DNA of 64,000 nucleotides from the NCBI GenBank assembly GCA_963771275.1, contig CAVYSW010000011.1, positions 1 to 64,000 on the forward strand, written 5' to 3'. This DNA is from an uncultured Gemmatimonadales bacterium (lineage in GTDB: Bacteria > Gemmatimonadota > Gemmatimonadetes > Gemmatimonadales > GWC2-71-9). The notes beneath the pieces are model-generated. The model searched no databases. It was not told the origin of the DNA and was given only the letters and a program-made list of their open reading frames with translations. Numbering within the stretch: the first letter of the stretch is position 1; every line of letters begins with the position of its first letter. The translations under genes were made by a program, and so were the position numbers. This document shows positions 31,119-40,978 of the stretch, in pieces.

Positions 31119-31409
31119 TCATCTTCCACGGGCGCATCGTCGCCCAAGGACCGATGCGCATCCTTCGGCTTGGGATCTCCACGGACCGCGCTCATTCCCC
31201 TGGAGCACAGTACACCCACTATCGTCGCACGGGTCGCCAGAGCAGTTGATCTCCCATCTCACCGCCTCGCACTTGTGACTATCCAGATTGCACGCTTGAT
31301 GATTGCAGCCGCTATCTGCGCTACTGGCAGCAGGAGTCAGCAGGAAGCCTACGAAGAGGCCGCCCACGATCATGCCTCCTCGGACCAGGTTCGCAATCGC
31401 GTTGCGCAT
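31119..31409 (-). CDS. Small secreted Cys-rich peptide (true stop may be near 31192)
   Basis: AGGAG RBS, signal peptide ending ASSA, mature segment with 6 Cys: DSGCNHQACNLDSHKCEAVRWEINCSGDPCDDSGC. Confidence 0.7.
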   Translation of the reverse strand: MRNAIANLVRGGMIVGGLFVGFLLTPAASSADSGCNHQACNLDSHKCEAVRWEINCSGDPCDDSGCTVLQGNERGPWRSQAEGCASVLGRRCARGR

Positions 31410-31692
31410 GGCTCAACCCACTCCTGGCAAGAGTGAAGTGCCCTTGGCTACGGTAACCTGTGAAACCTGGCCGCTCGCGAAAGCCTGAAATTCTTTCGAG
31501 TGGGCGCGGCGGGCAGCAAACGGTGTGCCGGGCACCTCAGCACATGAGGACATCCACGCACTCGATTCCCGACCGGCACACTCCGCTTTGGGGGCCTGGT
31601 GTAACTTCGCGCCGGTTGGGTGCATCTTCAGTACGTGGGGCAGGAATCAGTGGTCGAGCGGCCCGACCGGCGCCACGAGCAGACGGGAGGTG

Positions 31693-32443
31693 ATGGCGGT
31701 GAAGGAAGGTGATCCCAGCCACACCGAGGAGCTGCGACACCCGGACGACGCGCGGCCGGCACGCATCGCGATCTGCGACGATCACCAGTTGGTCGGCGAA
31801 GGACTGGCGAAGCTCGTCCAGCCACCCCACGTCGTGACCGCCGTCACCGGGTCCGGCACCGAGCTGCTGGATGTCCTCCGGACCACAGCGCCGGACTGCC
31901 TCCTGCTGGACCTCCAGATGCCCGGCCGCAATGGCCTCGACTTGCTTCCCGGACCTCCGGCGGCTCCGGCCGGACCTGAGGATTATCATCGTCACGATGC
32001 ACGCTGACCGGCGTCTCGCCAACGCTTGCTTCGCCGCCGGCGCGCACGGATTCCTGCCGAAGGACGCCGGCCGTGCGGAACTCCTCACGGCCATCTCGGA
32101 CGTGTTGGCGGGCCGGCGGTACCTCTCGCCCCGCATCCCGAAGACGAGCCATCGGGTCGGCCTCGCCGCTCAGCATCTTGGGTTCGAACGGCTGACGCCT
32201 CGCGAAGAGGAGGTCGTGCTCCTGCTGGGTGCCGGACGCAAGCCCATCGAGATCGCTCATACCCTCGGCGTCAGTCCCAGCACGGTGACGTTCCACCTGC
32301 AGCATGCCGTGCGGGTGCTGGGTGTCACGACCGAAGGCAACCTGGTCCGCCTGGCCGTGCTGCTCGCCGCCGACAATGATCCACCCGTGGAAGCGGCCTC
32401 CGACCCTACCCACGCCTTGCCAACGTCGCCGCTCCCTGCGTAG
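31693..32443 (+). CDS. NarL/LuxR-family response regulator (frameshift near 31950)
   Basis: GGAGG RBS; DDHQLV, LLDLQMPGRNG, TMH, GFLPK, LTPREEEV...TVTFH. Confidence 0.9.
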
Positions 32444-32458
32444 CATTGCTCGTGTAGT

Positions 32459-32484
32459 CCGACCGAAACTGCACGAACTGCACG
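32459..32484 (+). promoter_or_regulatory. Left arm of an inverted repeat containing 2x AACTGCAC
   Basis: CCGACCGAAACTGCACGAACTGCACG. Confidence 0.55.
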
Positions 32485-32499
32485 CCGGCGGGTCGGGCC

Positions 32500-32926
32500 G
32501 TGACCCGCGCCCGGCGCCACCAAGTCTCCCGGGACGGTTGCCCTGCCCGTCCCGGTTCTGCGTGGCACCATCGAGCGCGAGCTGACGACCCTCTCGCTGC
32601 GCCAGGCGGCCCGGGAGATCGGCGTGAGCCCCAACGCGCTGCGCAACTTCGTGCGCGGCGCCCAGCCCCGTGCCACGACGCGCGCCCGACTCGAACGCTG
32701 GCTCGCGGGACGTGCAGGCGCCCCCTCCCCGGCGAGCGTGTCCACCATCGTGCGGCTCTTGGGCGAGGTGTCGCCCGACCTCTCCCCGCGCGAGACGGCA
32801 GTCATCGGTCGCGATCTCACCGAATCCATCCTCGCCGCCTACCACCGGCGCCGGCTTCCGCCACCCCGCTGGGTCCGCGAGCTGGCCCGCCACTACCGCA
32901 CCGACGACCCCTCCCCGTCCTCTTGA
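32500..32926 (+). CDS. Small HTH-like DNA-binding protein (probable frameshift just after the GTG)
   Basis: SLRQAAREIGVSPNALRNFVRGAQPRATTRARLERWL resembles a Cro/XRE-type HTH. Confidence 0.65.
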
Positions 32927-32961
32927 CTCGGCGCCCGCGCCGAGCGTATGCTCGGCGGGAT

Positions 32962-32986
32962 CGTGCAGTTTGTGCAGTTCAGTCGG
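32962..32986 (-). promoter_or_regulatory. Right arm of an inverted repeat containing 2x AACTGCAC
   Basis: Reverse complement reads CCGACTGAACTGCACAAACTGCACG. Confidence 0.55.
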
Positions 32987-33009
32987 GTCGGCGGGAGGGG
33001 ACCGAGCTC

Positions 33010-33392
33010 ATGAGCGATGGGCGCCAGCTTCACATCCTCCTCGCCGAGGATGATCGCGGGGTCCGTCAGGTCCTCGAGCGGTTCCTCCGGCTCAAGGACT
33101 GCCACGTGGTCGCCGTGCCCGACGGGGTCGCGGCGCTCGCGGCCCTGGACGGCGACCGACTTCGACGTCGTGATCAGCGACGTCGCCATGCCGATCGTGA
33201 ACGGGATCCAGCTGTGGCGCGAGGCCTGCAAGCGCGCGCCCGCATCTCCGAGCGCGGTGGATCTTCTTGAGCGCCTGGCACGAGTCCGAAGTGCCGGAGG
33301 GCGCCCAGGCCCGGTTCCTCCAGAAGCCGGTGGAGCTCGGCGCCGTGTGGTCGGTGGTGAGCGAGATCGCCGGCGACCGCGGCGCGCCGTAG
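33010..33392 (+). CDS. Single-domain (CheY-like) response regulator (frameshifted)
   Basis: ILLAEDD; FDVVISDVAMPIVNG; WIFLSA; FLQKPV, distributed across frames. Confidence 0.8.
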
Positions 33393-33559
33393 GAGAACTC
33401 CGCACAAGTCTCGCGGGGGGGGGCCCTCCGCCCGCTGAAGTTCGCAAGTGGGGCAGGCTGGTTGCCCGGGCACCGCTCACTTGCGCGTTCTCTGGGACCC
33501 CCGCTGGCGACTGGCGCAGAGCATCGTCAAGTCGGCGAAGCGCCACGACGCCTCAAGGT

Positions 33560-33592
33560 CCATCGGCCATCGGCCGTCGGCTGTCGGCTAGC
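33560..33592. repeat. 7-bp tandem repeat (CGAYRGC on minus strand)
   Basis: CCATCGGCCATCGGCCGTCGGCTGTCGGCTAGC. Includes the TAG of the M1 peptidase. Confidence 0.75.
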
Positions 33593-35668
33593 TCCGACAG
33601 GCCACTCCACCGAACACCGCGGCCATCGGGTTCGCCGCTTGCGCCGCCGCGGCCGTGGTGTCCCTCGGCCACACGTTGTCGGTCACATCCCGATCGGGAA
33701 ACCGGCAGCCGGGATCGAGCGTGATCTTCTCGATCTTCCGCGCCCCGAAGTCGAGCACCGCCTGGAACGTGCGCCTCCCGCCGAACCACACGTCCACCGG
33801 GTAGGTCACGATCGCCGAAAGGCTGTCCACCATCGACGCTGTTCGGCATCGGCCGGATGGCCGGGCCCTGCGCCGCGAACCGCACCTTGAGCACCACCGG
33901 TGAGGGCATCTGGCCGTCCTGCCGGACGGTGACCGTCGTACGGTTCCCCGCGGTCGCCACCTGCTGGATCGAGCCGTCCACCGACTCCGTGGTGAACAGC
34001 CAGTAGTACCAGAACCAGCCGAGGTCGCGCTGCAGCGCGTTGCTCATGAAGAACGCGTAGTCCCACGGCGACGGGTGCTTGAACCGCCACGCCTTGGCGT
34101 ACTCGCTCATCGCGCGCCACACCGCCGTGTCGCCCACGATCGCCGCCCGAGCATCGAGAGCATCATCGGCGCCTTGCCGTACGCCTGGAACGAGTACATC
34201 GGCCCGCCGTAGTTGGCGTCCCACATCAGCGGCGCCTCGCGCTCGTCGCCGCTGATCCGGCCGTACGCCTGGCCCGGCCCGTCGAGGTTGGCCGGCTGGC
34301 CCCGCCGGTCCTGGCCCGACAGGATGTTCATGTACTGGTTGAAGCCCTCATCCATGAAGCCGTACCAGGTCTCGTTCGTGCCCGACCATCATCGGCCACC
34401 ACTCGTGGCCGGTCTCGTGGTCCGCCGCGCCGACCCCCGACATGATGAACATCGGGTATTCCATGCCGCCGTCCGGACCGTCCACGATGGTGAGCTGCGG
34501 GAAGGCGTACGGCATCCAGAGGCGCGAGTAGAACTCGAGCGCGTGGCGCACGATCGGCCCCGCCTGGGCGTACGCCTGGGCGTGACCCGGGAGGTACAGG
34601 ACGTTGACCGGGACCAGCCCGCCACCGGGGATGGTGGCACGGGTGGCGTCCCACACGTACTGGTTGGACGTCGCCCACGCGAAGTCGCCCGCCGTGTCGG
34701 CGACGAAGTGCCACTGCAGTCGGTCGCCCGGCGGCCGTGGACCGTCCGGGCCCGCGCTCGCCGGCGCTGACGATCGAACGGACCGAGTCCGACTCGAGCA
34801 CGTGGGACAGGCGCTCACGCGTCGTCGGGGTGAGGACGTCCTCGGGGTTCTGCAGCACGCCGGTGGCGCCCACGATCCAGCCGGCCGGCACGTCGAGCGT
34901 GACGTCGAACCGGCCGAAGTTGTTGTAGAACTCCGACGCCCCCAGATACGGATCGGTGTCCCACCCGCCGTCCCGCAGGTCGTCGAACACCGCGACCCGC
35001 GGGTACCACTGGGCCACCTGGTAGAGGCTGTCCGCCCAGCGGCCCATGCGCATGCCGCGCTCACCCTCGGCGGCGGGCACCCGGAAGCTCCAGTCGACCT
35101 CGAGTCTGGCGCTGTCGTGCGCCGCAACCGGCGTCGGCAGCGTGATGCGGGCCGCGGTCTGCGTGATGCCATACGCGGCGAGCCGGACCTGCGGCGCAGG
35201 GCCTCCACGAAAGCCCCGCACGCGGGGCGGGTTCAGGTCCACGGAATCGCCGTTGACGGTGAGGCGGCTCACCAGCATCCCGTCGGTGATCTCGGGAACC
35301 ATCTCCGCGCGCGGCTCGTTGGCCGCGAAGATGTTCTGGTCGAGCCGGAGCTGGATGCTCGTCATCGCCGAGTCGCTGGTGTTGTGCACCATGGCGGTCT
35401 CGTGGCCCGTGAGCATACCCGTGGCCGGATCGAGCCGGGCCCGGATCGTGTAGTCCATCCAGAGCTGCCAGTAATTCCGACCGGGGCGGCCCGTCGAGTC
35501 GCGCGTGCCCGCCGCGAAGGCGCGGCGGATCATGTTGGTGAGCGGGATGTCGCGGCGGATCGCTCGCGGAGGGGCTCCGGGTCTCGTGGCCGTCTGCGCC
35601 ACGCCGCGCGCGGCAGGGGCCACTGCGCCGCAGACGGCGGCGAGCACAACGAACAGGCGAGCGTGCAT
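33588..35668 (-). CDS. Secreted M1 family metallopeptidase (multiple frameshifts)
   Basis: Signal peptide; TGRPGRNYWQ, AQWYPR, GMEYPM, HETGHEWWPM, DEGFNQY, FKHPSPWD. Confidence 0.87.
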
Positions 35669-35897
35669 CGGGACTCCGAGGAGATGAATGGGTGAGGCGC
35701 GCGCCGGCGTCGCCTCGATCGACGGATACCCCGTTCGCCACCCGGCGATCCAGCGGGACCGAATCGTGCATGGGGGCCGTGAGACCGTCAACCGTTCAGG
35801 CGCTGGACCGGATGACGCCCGCTTGCGCTACCGGCGAGCCGCTCTCACCTTCTCCGGTTCACGACCCCGGTGGTCCCAGCCCCGAGGGAGGCGCTCG

Positions 35898-36557
35898 ATG
35901 TTCATCGGTCATACCGCCGTGGCGCTCGCCGCCAAGGCAACGGCGCGCGACCGATCGCTCGGCCTGCTCCTGGCCGCGGCGTTCGGCCTGGATCTGCTGT
36001 GGCCCCTGCTGCTGCTCGCGGGCGTCGAGCGGGTGAGGATCGCGCCCGGCGACACCGCGTTCAACCCGCTCGCGTTCGAATCCTACCCGTGGTCTCACAG
36101 CCTGCTCATGGTGCTGGTGTGGGGTGCGCTGGCCGCGGCGCTGGTCGCGCGGACCCGGGCGGGCTGGGGCTTCGCGCTGCTGATCGGCGCGCTGGTGGTG
36201 AGCCACTGGGTGCTCGATTTCATCTCCCATCGCCCTGATCTGCCGCTGTGGCCCGGTGGCCCGGTCCGTGTCGGGCTCGGCCTGTGGAACTCCATTCCGG
36301 CAACGTACGTCGTGGAGGGCGGCCTGTTCCTCGCCGGCCTGGCGGTGTATCTCCGGACCTGCCGGCCGCGTGACTGGGTGGGCCGGCTGGCGTTCGGAGG
36401 CCTCCTGGGGCTCTCGGTGCTGATGTGGGCGGGCATCCCGTGGTCGCCACCACCACCGGGCGTGCGAGCGCTCGCGTGGTTCGGGATGGCGAGCTGGCTC
36501 CTGATTGCGTGGGGCTGGTGGGCGGATCGGCACTGGGAGCCGCGCACCGCGGCCTGA
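35898..36557 (+). CDS. Membrane-bound metal-dependent hydrolase (YdjM-like)
   Basis: MFIGH, PWSHSL, SHWVLDFISHRPDL, multiple TM segments. Confidence 0.85.
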   Translation: MFIGHTAVALAAKATARDRSLGLLLAAAFGLDLLWPLLLLAGVERVRIAPGDTAFNPLAFESYPWSHSLLMVLVWGALAAALVARTRAGWGFALLIGALVVSHWVLDFISHRPDLPLWPGGPVRVGLGLWNSIPATYVVEGGLFLAGLAVYLRTCRPRDWVGRLAFGGLLGLSVLMWAGIPWSPPPPGVRALAWFGMASWLLIAWGWWADRHWEPRTAA

Positions 36558-36559
36558 GC

Positions 36560-36978
36560 GTGACCGCCCTGCGGGAGCGCCTGGCCGCGGTCCTCGGGGA
36601 CCGCTACCGCATCGAGTCCGAGCTCGGGCGCGGCGGGATGGCGTTCGTGTTTCGCGCGCACGACATGAAGCACGATCGCCCGGTCGCGGTCAAGGTGCTC
36701 CGCCCCGATCTCGCCTCGGCCGAGACCGGCGCCGAGCGCTTCCTGCAGGAGATTCGGATGGTGGCGCGCCTCACGCATCCGCACATCCTGCCGCTGCACG
36801 ACTCCGGTCACCGCGATGGCCTGCTGTACTACGTCATGCCGCTCGTGGGCGAGTCGCTGCGCGACCGGCTGAAGCGCGAGGGCCGACTCCCGGCGGAGGC
36901 GGCCGTGCGCATCGCCTGCGCCGTGGCCGAGGCGCTCGGCCACGCGCACGCGCAAGGCGTGCTCCACCGGGACGTCAA
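36560..36978 (+). pseudogene. Truncated Hanks-type Ser/Thr protein kinase
   Basis: LGRGGM, VAVKVL, RFLQE, HPHI, VLHRDV. There is no KPEN/DFG/APE; sequence runs into the 3' end of the convergent gene. Confidence 0.85.
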
Positions 36979-36985
36979 CGCCGCC

Positions 36986-37261
36986 CTAAGCGCCCGCGGC
37001 CCGGTTGCCGCCGGCGAGCGTGTTGTACAGCCAGCCGAGTACCAGCCCGGCGATCGCGCCGTCCAGCACGGCGTACAGGGTCACCACAAGCACCGACCCG
37101 AAGCCGGCGGGGCCGTGGTACCCGGGGTAGATCGATGCGCCGAGCTGGAGCCATGCATCCCCGTAGGGCGGGAATACCAGATTGGCCAGTCCGACCAGCA
37201 GGAAGCAGCCACCCCAGAGGATGGCCGCCGTCAGCGTGAGAGCTTTGGTGTTCAGGGCCAT
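36986..37261 (-). CDS. Small 2-TM membrane protein (resembles a family annotated as putative holin)
   Basis: KALTLTAAILWG...SIYPGY...DGAIAGLVLGWLYN. Confidence 0.75.
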   Translation of the reverse strand: MALNTKALTLTAAILWGGCFLLVGLANLVFPPYGDAWLQLGASIYPGYHGPAGFGSVLVVTLYAVLDGAIAGLVLGWLYNTLAGGNRAAGA

Positions 37262-37407
37262 GGGACACGCTCCGGATTGGGACTGGCGGAGAATGTACCG
37301 CCGGCGCCAATTGGCCGCGAACAGCTGGCGTCGCTCCTCAGCGGCCCGGCGCCCCCGTGCGTATGCAGTCGAAGGCGCCACAGACCCTTCCTGACTTCGA
37401 GGCACGC

Positions 37408-40143
37408 ATGACCCGATCCCGCTTCTTCGGCAGACCAGCAATCGGTCTCCTCGTGCTGGTGCTCCTCTCGGTGGGCCGCCCGCTCGGGGCGCAGCAACCC
37501 GACTCCACCCGGCTCGTCGCCGACCGCGAGGTGCTGGCTGCCGAGCGGTACGTGCAGCCGCCGGCGGAGATCGTCAATCTGGTGACCGCCCCGCGCTACA
37601 AGAACGTCGCGCTCACACAGCCGAGTCCCGACCGGCGGCATTTCCTCACGGAGGAGAGCGAGGGCCTGCCGAGCCTCGCCCGGTTCGGCAAGCCGCACTA
37701 CTACTTCGGCGGCCTGCAGGTGGACTTCCGGGCCAATCGGGCGCGTGCGCTCACGACGCGAGGGGCGGCGGGTTTGCAGTTGATCGACGCCGCGACGGGG
37801 CGGTCCACGGCGATCGAGACCCCGGCCGGCGCCAGCGTGACCGCCCCGACGTGGTCCCCCGACGGGCAGCTCGCCTACATCGCGAACTTCGACGCCGCCT
37901 CGCACGTCTATGTCGCCGATATCGCGACGGGCAAGTCGCGGCAGGTGACGCGGACACCGCTCCTGGCCACGCTCGTGACGTCGATTGACTGGACGGCTGA
38001 CGGACGAAGCCTCGTCGCGGTGCTGCTGCCCGACCCGCGCGGACCGCCCCCCGCGCGCCCCGCGGTCGCCGATGGCCCGCTCGTGCGGACTTGGATGGAC
38101 AGCCTCAAGTCGCCGCAGCGGAACTATGCGAGTCTGCTCGACGATCCGTTCGATCAGGCGCTGATGACGTACTACGTCACGGGCCAGCTCGCCCTGATCG
38201 ACGTCCGCACGCGTGCCGTGCGCAAGATCGGCGCGCCCGCCATGATCACCAGCGTCGACGCCTCACCCGACGGGCAGTACCTCCGCGTCACCACGATGCA
38301 GCAGCCGTTCTCGTACGTCGTGCAGTACAACAGCTTCGGCACGACTGAAGAGCTGTGGGACGCGAGCGGGAAGGTGCTGGCCGAGATCACCAAGCGGCCG
38401 CTGCGCCTGGCGCGCGATACCAGCGACACGCCGGGGCCGGGCGGCGCCGGCCCGAGCGAGGGCGCCAAGCGTGGGCTCGCCTGGATGCCCCAGGGTCCCG
38501 GACTCTACTATCTCGAGGCGGTACCCTCCGCGCGACGCGGTGGAGATTCCGCGGGCGCCGGGGCGGGAGGAGCGGCGGGGGCGGCAGGGGCGGCAGGAGG
38601 CCGGCGTGGAACCGGGGGACCGGGCGGCGCCGCGCGTCCCGACCGCATCATGCAGTGGCTGCCCCCGTTCGGCCCGGGCGACACGACGGTGCTCTACAAG
38701 AGCGACGGCCCGATCAGCCAGGTCGCCTTCACGGACGACGGCAAGACCGTGTTCGTCGCCACCAGCGCCAGCGGCACGGGCGAGATCTTCGGCGTGAGCC
38801 TCGCCGAGCCGGGCACCAAGCACGTGGTCGTGCGGCAGCGCGGCTACACGCCCTCGTTCACCGGCGACGGCGGGCGCGGCTTCGGCGGGGGATTCGGACG
38901 CCGAGGCGGCGCGGACGACTCGCTGTCGTTCTACGACAACCCGGGGGCGATGCTGACGCGTCGCGGGAGCCTGGGTGGTAGGGTCGCGATAGTTTCGTCG
39001 GACGGCGCGGTCTATCTCCAGGGCATCCAGTACTTCAGGGACTGGGAGCAGCACGCGCCGCGGCCGTTCGTGGACAAGGTCGAGCTCGCGACCGGCACCA
39101 AGACGCGCCTGCTGGATGGTGCGGAGGACGTGTCGGAGACGATCGGCACGGTGCTCGACGACGACTTCACGCAGGTGATCGTGACGCGCGAGTCACCGAC
39201 CCAGGTGCCCGACGCGTATCTCAAGGACGTGAAGAGCGGATCGCTCACCAAGCTCACCAGCAACACCGACTACACGCCGAACTTCACGCGCGCCATCCGC
39301 AGGCGGATCACGGTGACGCGGGCCGACGGCACTCACTTCCTCGTGAACCTCACGCTGCCGCCGGACTATCAGGCCGGCACGCGGCTCCCGGCGATGTTCT
39401 GGTTCTACCCGTACGAGTACACCGACCAGGGCGGCTACGACCGCACGCTGCGCACCGAGAACATCAACCGGTTCCCCACAGCGGGCGCGCGCACGATCGA
39501 GTACCTCGTCACGCAGGGCTACGCGGTGGCCAATTTCAATCCGCCGATCGTGGGTGAGACCGGCCGGATGAACGACAACTACGTGTCCGACCTGCAGATG
39601 AACCTGATCGCCGTGATCGACGAGCTTGACCGCCAGGGCTACATCGACCGCACGCGGCTGGGGATCGGCGGGCACAGCTACGGAGCGTTCAGCACCGCCA
39701 ACGCGATGGTCCACACGCCGTACTTCAAGGCGGGCATCGCGGGCGACGGCATGTACAATCGGACGCTCACCCCCACGGGCTTCCAGAACGAGCGCCGCGA
39801 CCTGTGGAGCGGCCAGAAGACCTACTTCGATATGTCGCCGTTCCTCTCGGCCGACAAGCTGCAGGGCGCGCTGCTGATGTACCACTCGCTCGAGGACCAG
39901 AATGTCGGCACCGACCCGATCAGCTCGATCCGGATGATGCAGGCGCTCCGGGCCTACGGGAAGACGGCGGCGCTGTTCATGTACCCGTATGAAGACCATG
40001 GGCCGGCGGCACGGGAGACGATCCTCGATCAGTGGGCCCGCTGGGTGGCCTGGCTCGACATCTACGTCAAGCACGCGGGCGAGGGGATCCCAAAACCCGC
40101 AGAGGGCGTGGCCGATGTGCCCTCGGGGTCGACGCGGCGGTAG
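37408..40143 (+). CDS. Secreted S9 prolyl oligopeptidase family peptidase
   Basis: Signal peptide, propeller repeats, GGHSYGA nucleophile motif, D (EDQN), H (EDHG). Confidence 0.93.
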   Translation: MTRSRFFGRPAIGLLVLVLLSVGRPLGAQQPDSTRLVADREVLAAERYVQPPAEIVNLVTAPRYKNVALTQPSPDRRHFLTEESEGLPSLARFGKPHYYFGGLQVDFRANRARALTTRGAAGLQLIDAATGRSTAIETPAGASVTAPTWSPDGQLAYIANFDAASHVYVADIATGKSRQVTRTPLLATLVTSIDWTADGRSLVAVLLPDPRGPPPARPAVADGPLVRTWMDSLKSPQRNYASLLDDPFDQALMTYYVTGQLALIDVRTRAVRKIGAPAMITSVDASPDGQYLRVTTMQQPFSYVVQYNSFGTTEELWDASGKVLAEITKRPLRLARDTSDTPGPGGAGPSEGAKRGLAWMPQGPGLYYLEAVPSARRGGDSAGAGAGGAAGAAGAAGGRRGTGGPGGAARPDRIMQWLPPFGPGDTTVLYKSDGPISQVAFTDDGKTVFVATSASGTGEIFGVSLAEPGTKHVVVRQRGYTPSFTGDGGRGFGGGFGRRGGADDSLSFYDNPGAMLTRRGSLGGRVAIVSSDGAVYLQGIQYFRDWEQHAPRPFVDKVELATGTKTRLLDGAEDVSETIGTVLDDDFTQVIVTRESPTQVPDAYLKDVKSGSLTKLTSNTDYTPNFTRAIRRRITVTRADGTHFLVNLTLPPDYQAGTRLPAMFWFYPYEYTDQGGYDRTLRTENINRFPTAGARTIEYLVTQGYAVANFNPPIVGETGRMNDNYVSDLQMNLIAVIDELDRQGYIDRTRLGIGGHSYGAFSTANAMVHTPYFKAGIAGDGMYNRTLTPTGFQNERRDLWSGQKTYFDMSPFLSADKLQGALLMYHSLEDQNVGTDPISSIRMMQALRAYGKTAALFMYPYEDHGPAARETILDQWARWVAWLDIYVKHAGEGIPKPAEGVADVPSGSTRR

Positions 40144-40153
40144 CGGGGAGAGT

Positions 40154-40189
40154 GGGGGAGGAGACGCAGACTGAAGCGCCTCCTCCCCC
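40154..40189. terminator. Hairpin between convergent genes
   Basis: GGGGGAGGAGACGC-loop-GCGCCTCCTCCCCC. Confidence 0.6.
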
Positions 40190-40195
40190 GCGTCC

Positions 40196-40822
40196 TTACT
40201 TCACCTCCACGTCCACCGAGTCCACGCCAAAGTGCAGGAAGCCGTCCGTGTCCACCTCGGCGAACCGAATCCGAACGGTCTGCCCGGCGAACGCCGAGAG
40301 ATCCGCCGTGAGGTGGATGTAGCTCGTCACGACCGGGTCGGCGGGCTGCGACCGGTAGACGTTCAGCAGCACACCGGCCCCCACATCGGTCACCGACGCC
40401 GCGGGGTTCATCACGTCGACCCGAACCTGCTGGTTGCTCTCGCCCCCGTCGTGCGCCAGCCCGGCCGTCGCCGCGTTCACGAAGGTCACGTCACTCTGGA
40501 TGTAGATGATGGCCGTGAGCGTGACCGTCTTGTTGGGCGGCAGGATCACGTCCTGATAGAGCACGTGCGTGCCTGGGCCTCCCTGGTCAGTGATCGCGGC
40601 GTAGGAGCCCTCGGGCGGCGCCAGCACGGTGTCCGTGCTCACGGGCATCACGGTGTCGGCCGTGACGAGGAACCCCAAGGTGTCGCCGGCGTCAACCACG
40701 GTCCAGCTGATGAGGGTGCCCGACTCGAAACCCGCGTTCTGGATGAGGTGTAGCGGGGCGTCCGACCCGCATGCCGCGGCGACCAGCGCGGCGAGCGGCA
40801 GGACCGACAATTTACGGAGCAT
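40196..40822 (-). CDS. Lipoprotein with a galactose-binding-like jelly-roll domain
   Basis: Lipobox AAAC; IQNAGFESG...W; DLSAFAGQTVRIRF; GVDSV. Confidence 0.8.
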   Translation of the reverse strand: MLRKLSVLPLAALVAAACGSDAPLHLIQNAGFESGTLISWTVVDAGDTLGFLVTADTVMPVSTDTVLAPPEGSYAAITDQGGPGTHVLYQDVILPPNKTVTLTAIIYIQSDVTFVNAATAGLAHDGGESNQQVRVDVMNPAASVTDVGAGVLLNVYRSQPADPVVTSYIHLTADLSAFAGQTVRIRFAEVDTDGFLHFGVDSVDVEVK

Positions 40823-40922
40823 TGATTCCTCGGATGATCGGGATGGCATCAAACATGTGCTCCAGTACCCGGCGGCGCCAGAAAGCGACTCTGTCGGTTA
40901 TCGCCCCTTGGACGTGACTCAA

Positions 40923-40956
40923 ACGCCTCGTGCCGGGATGAGCCCGCACGAGGCGT
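40923..40956 (-). terminator. Hairpin downstream of the cytochrome c gene
   Basis: ACGCCTCGTGC(C)GGG-loop-CCCGCACGAGGCGT, followed by TTT on the minus strand. Confidence 0.6.
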
Positions 40957-40978
40957 CGCGGTTCGAGGAATCGGGCCG

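Noticed and set aside
36986..37261. Prophage suggested by the holin-like gene
   Set aside because: No integrase, endolysin or structural genes nearby; the holin function is only a family-level resemblance.
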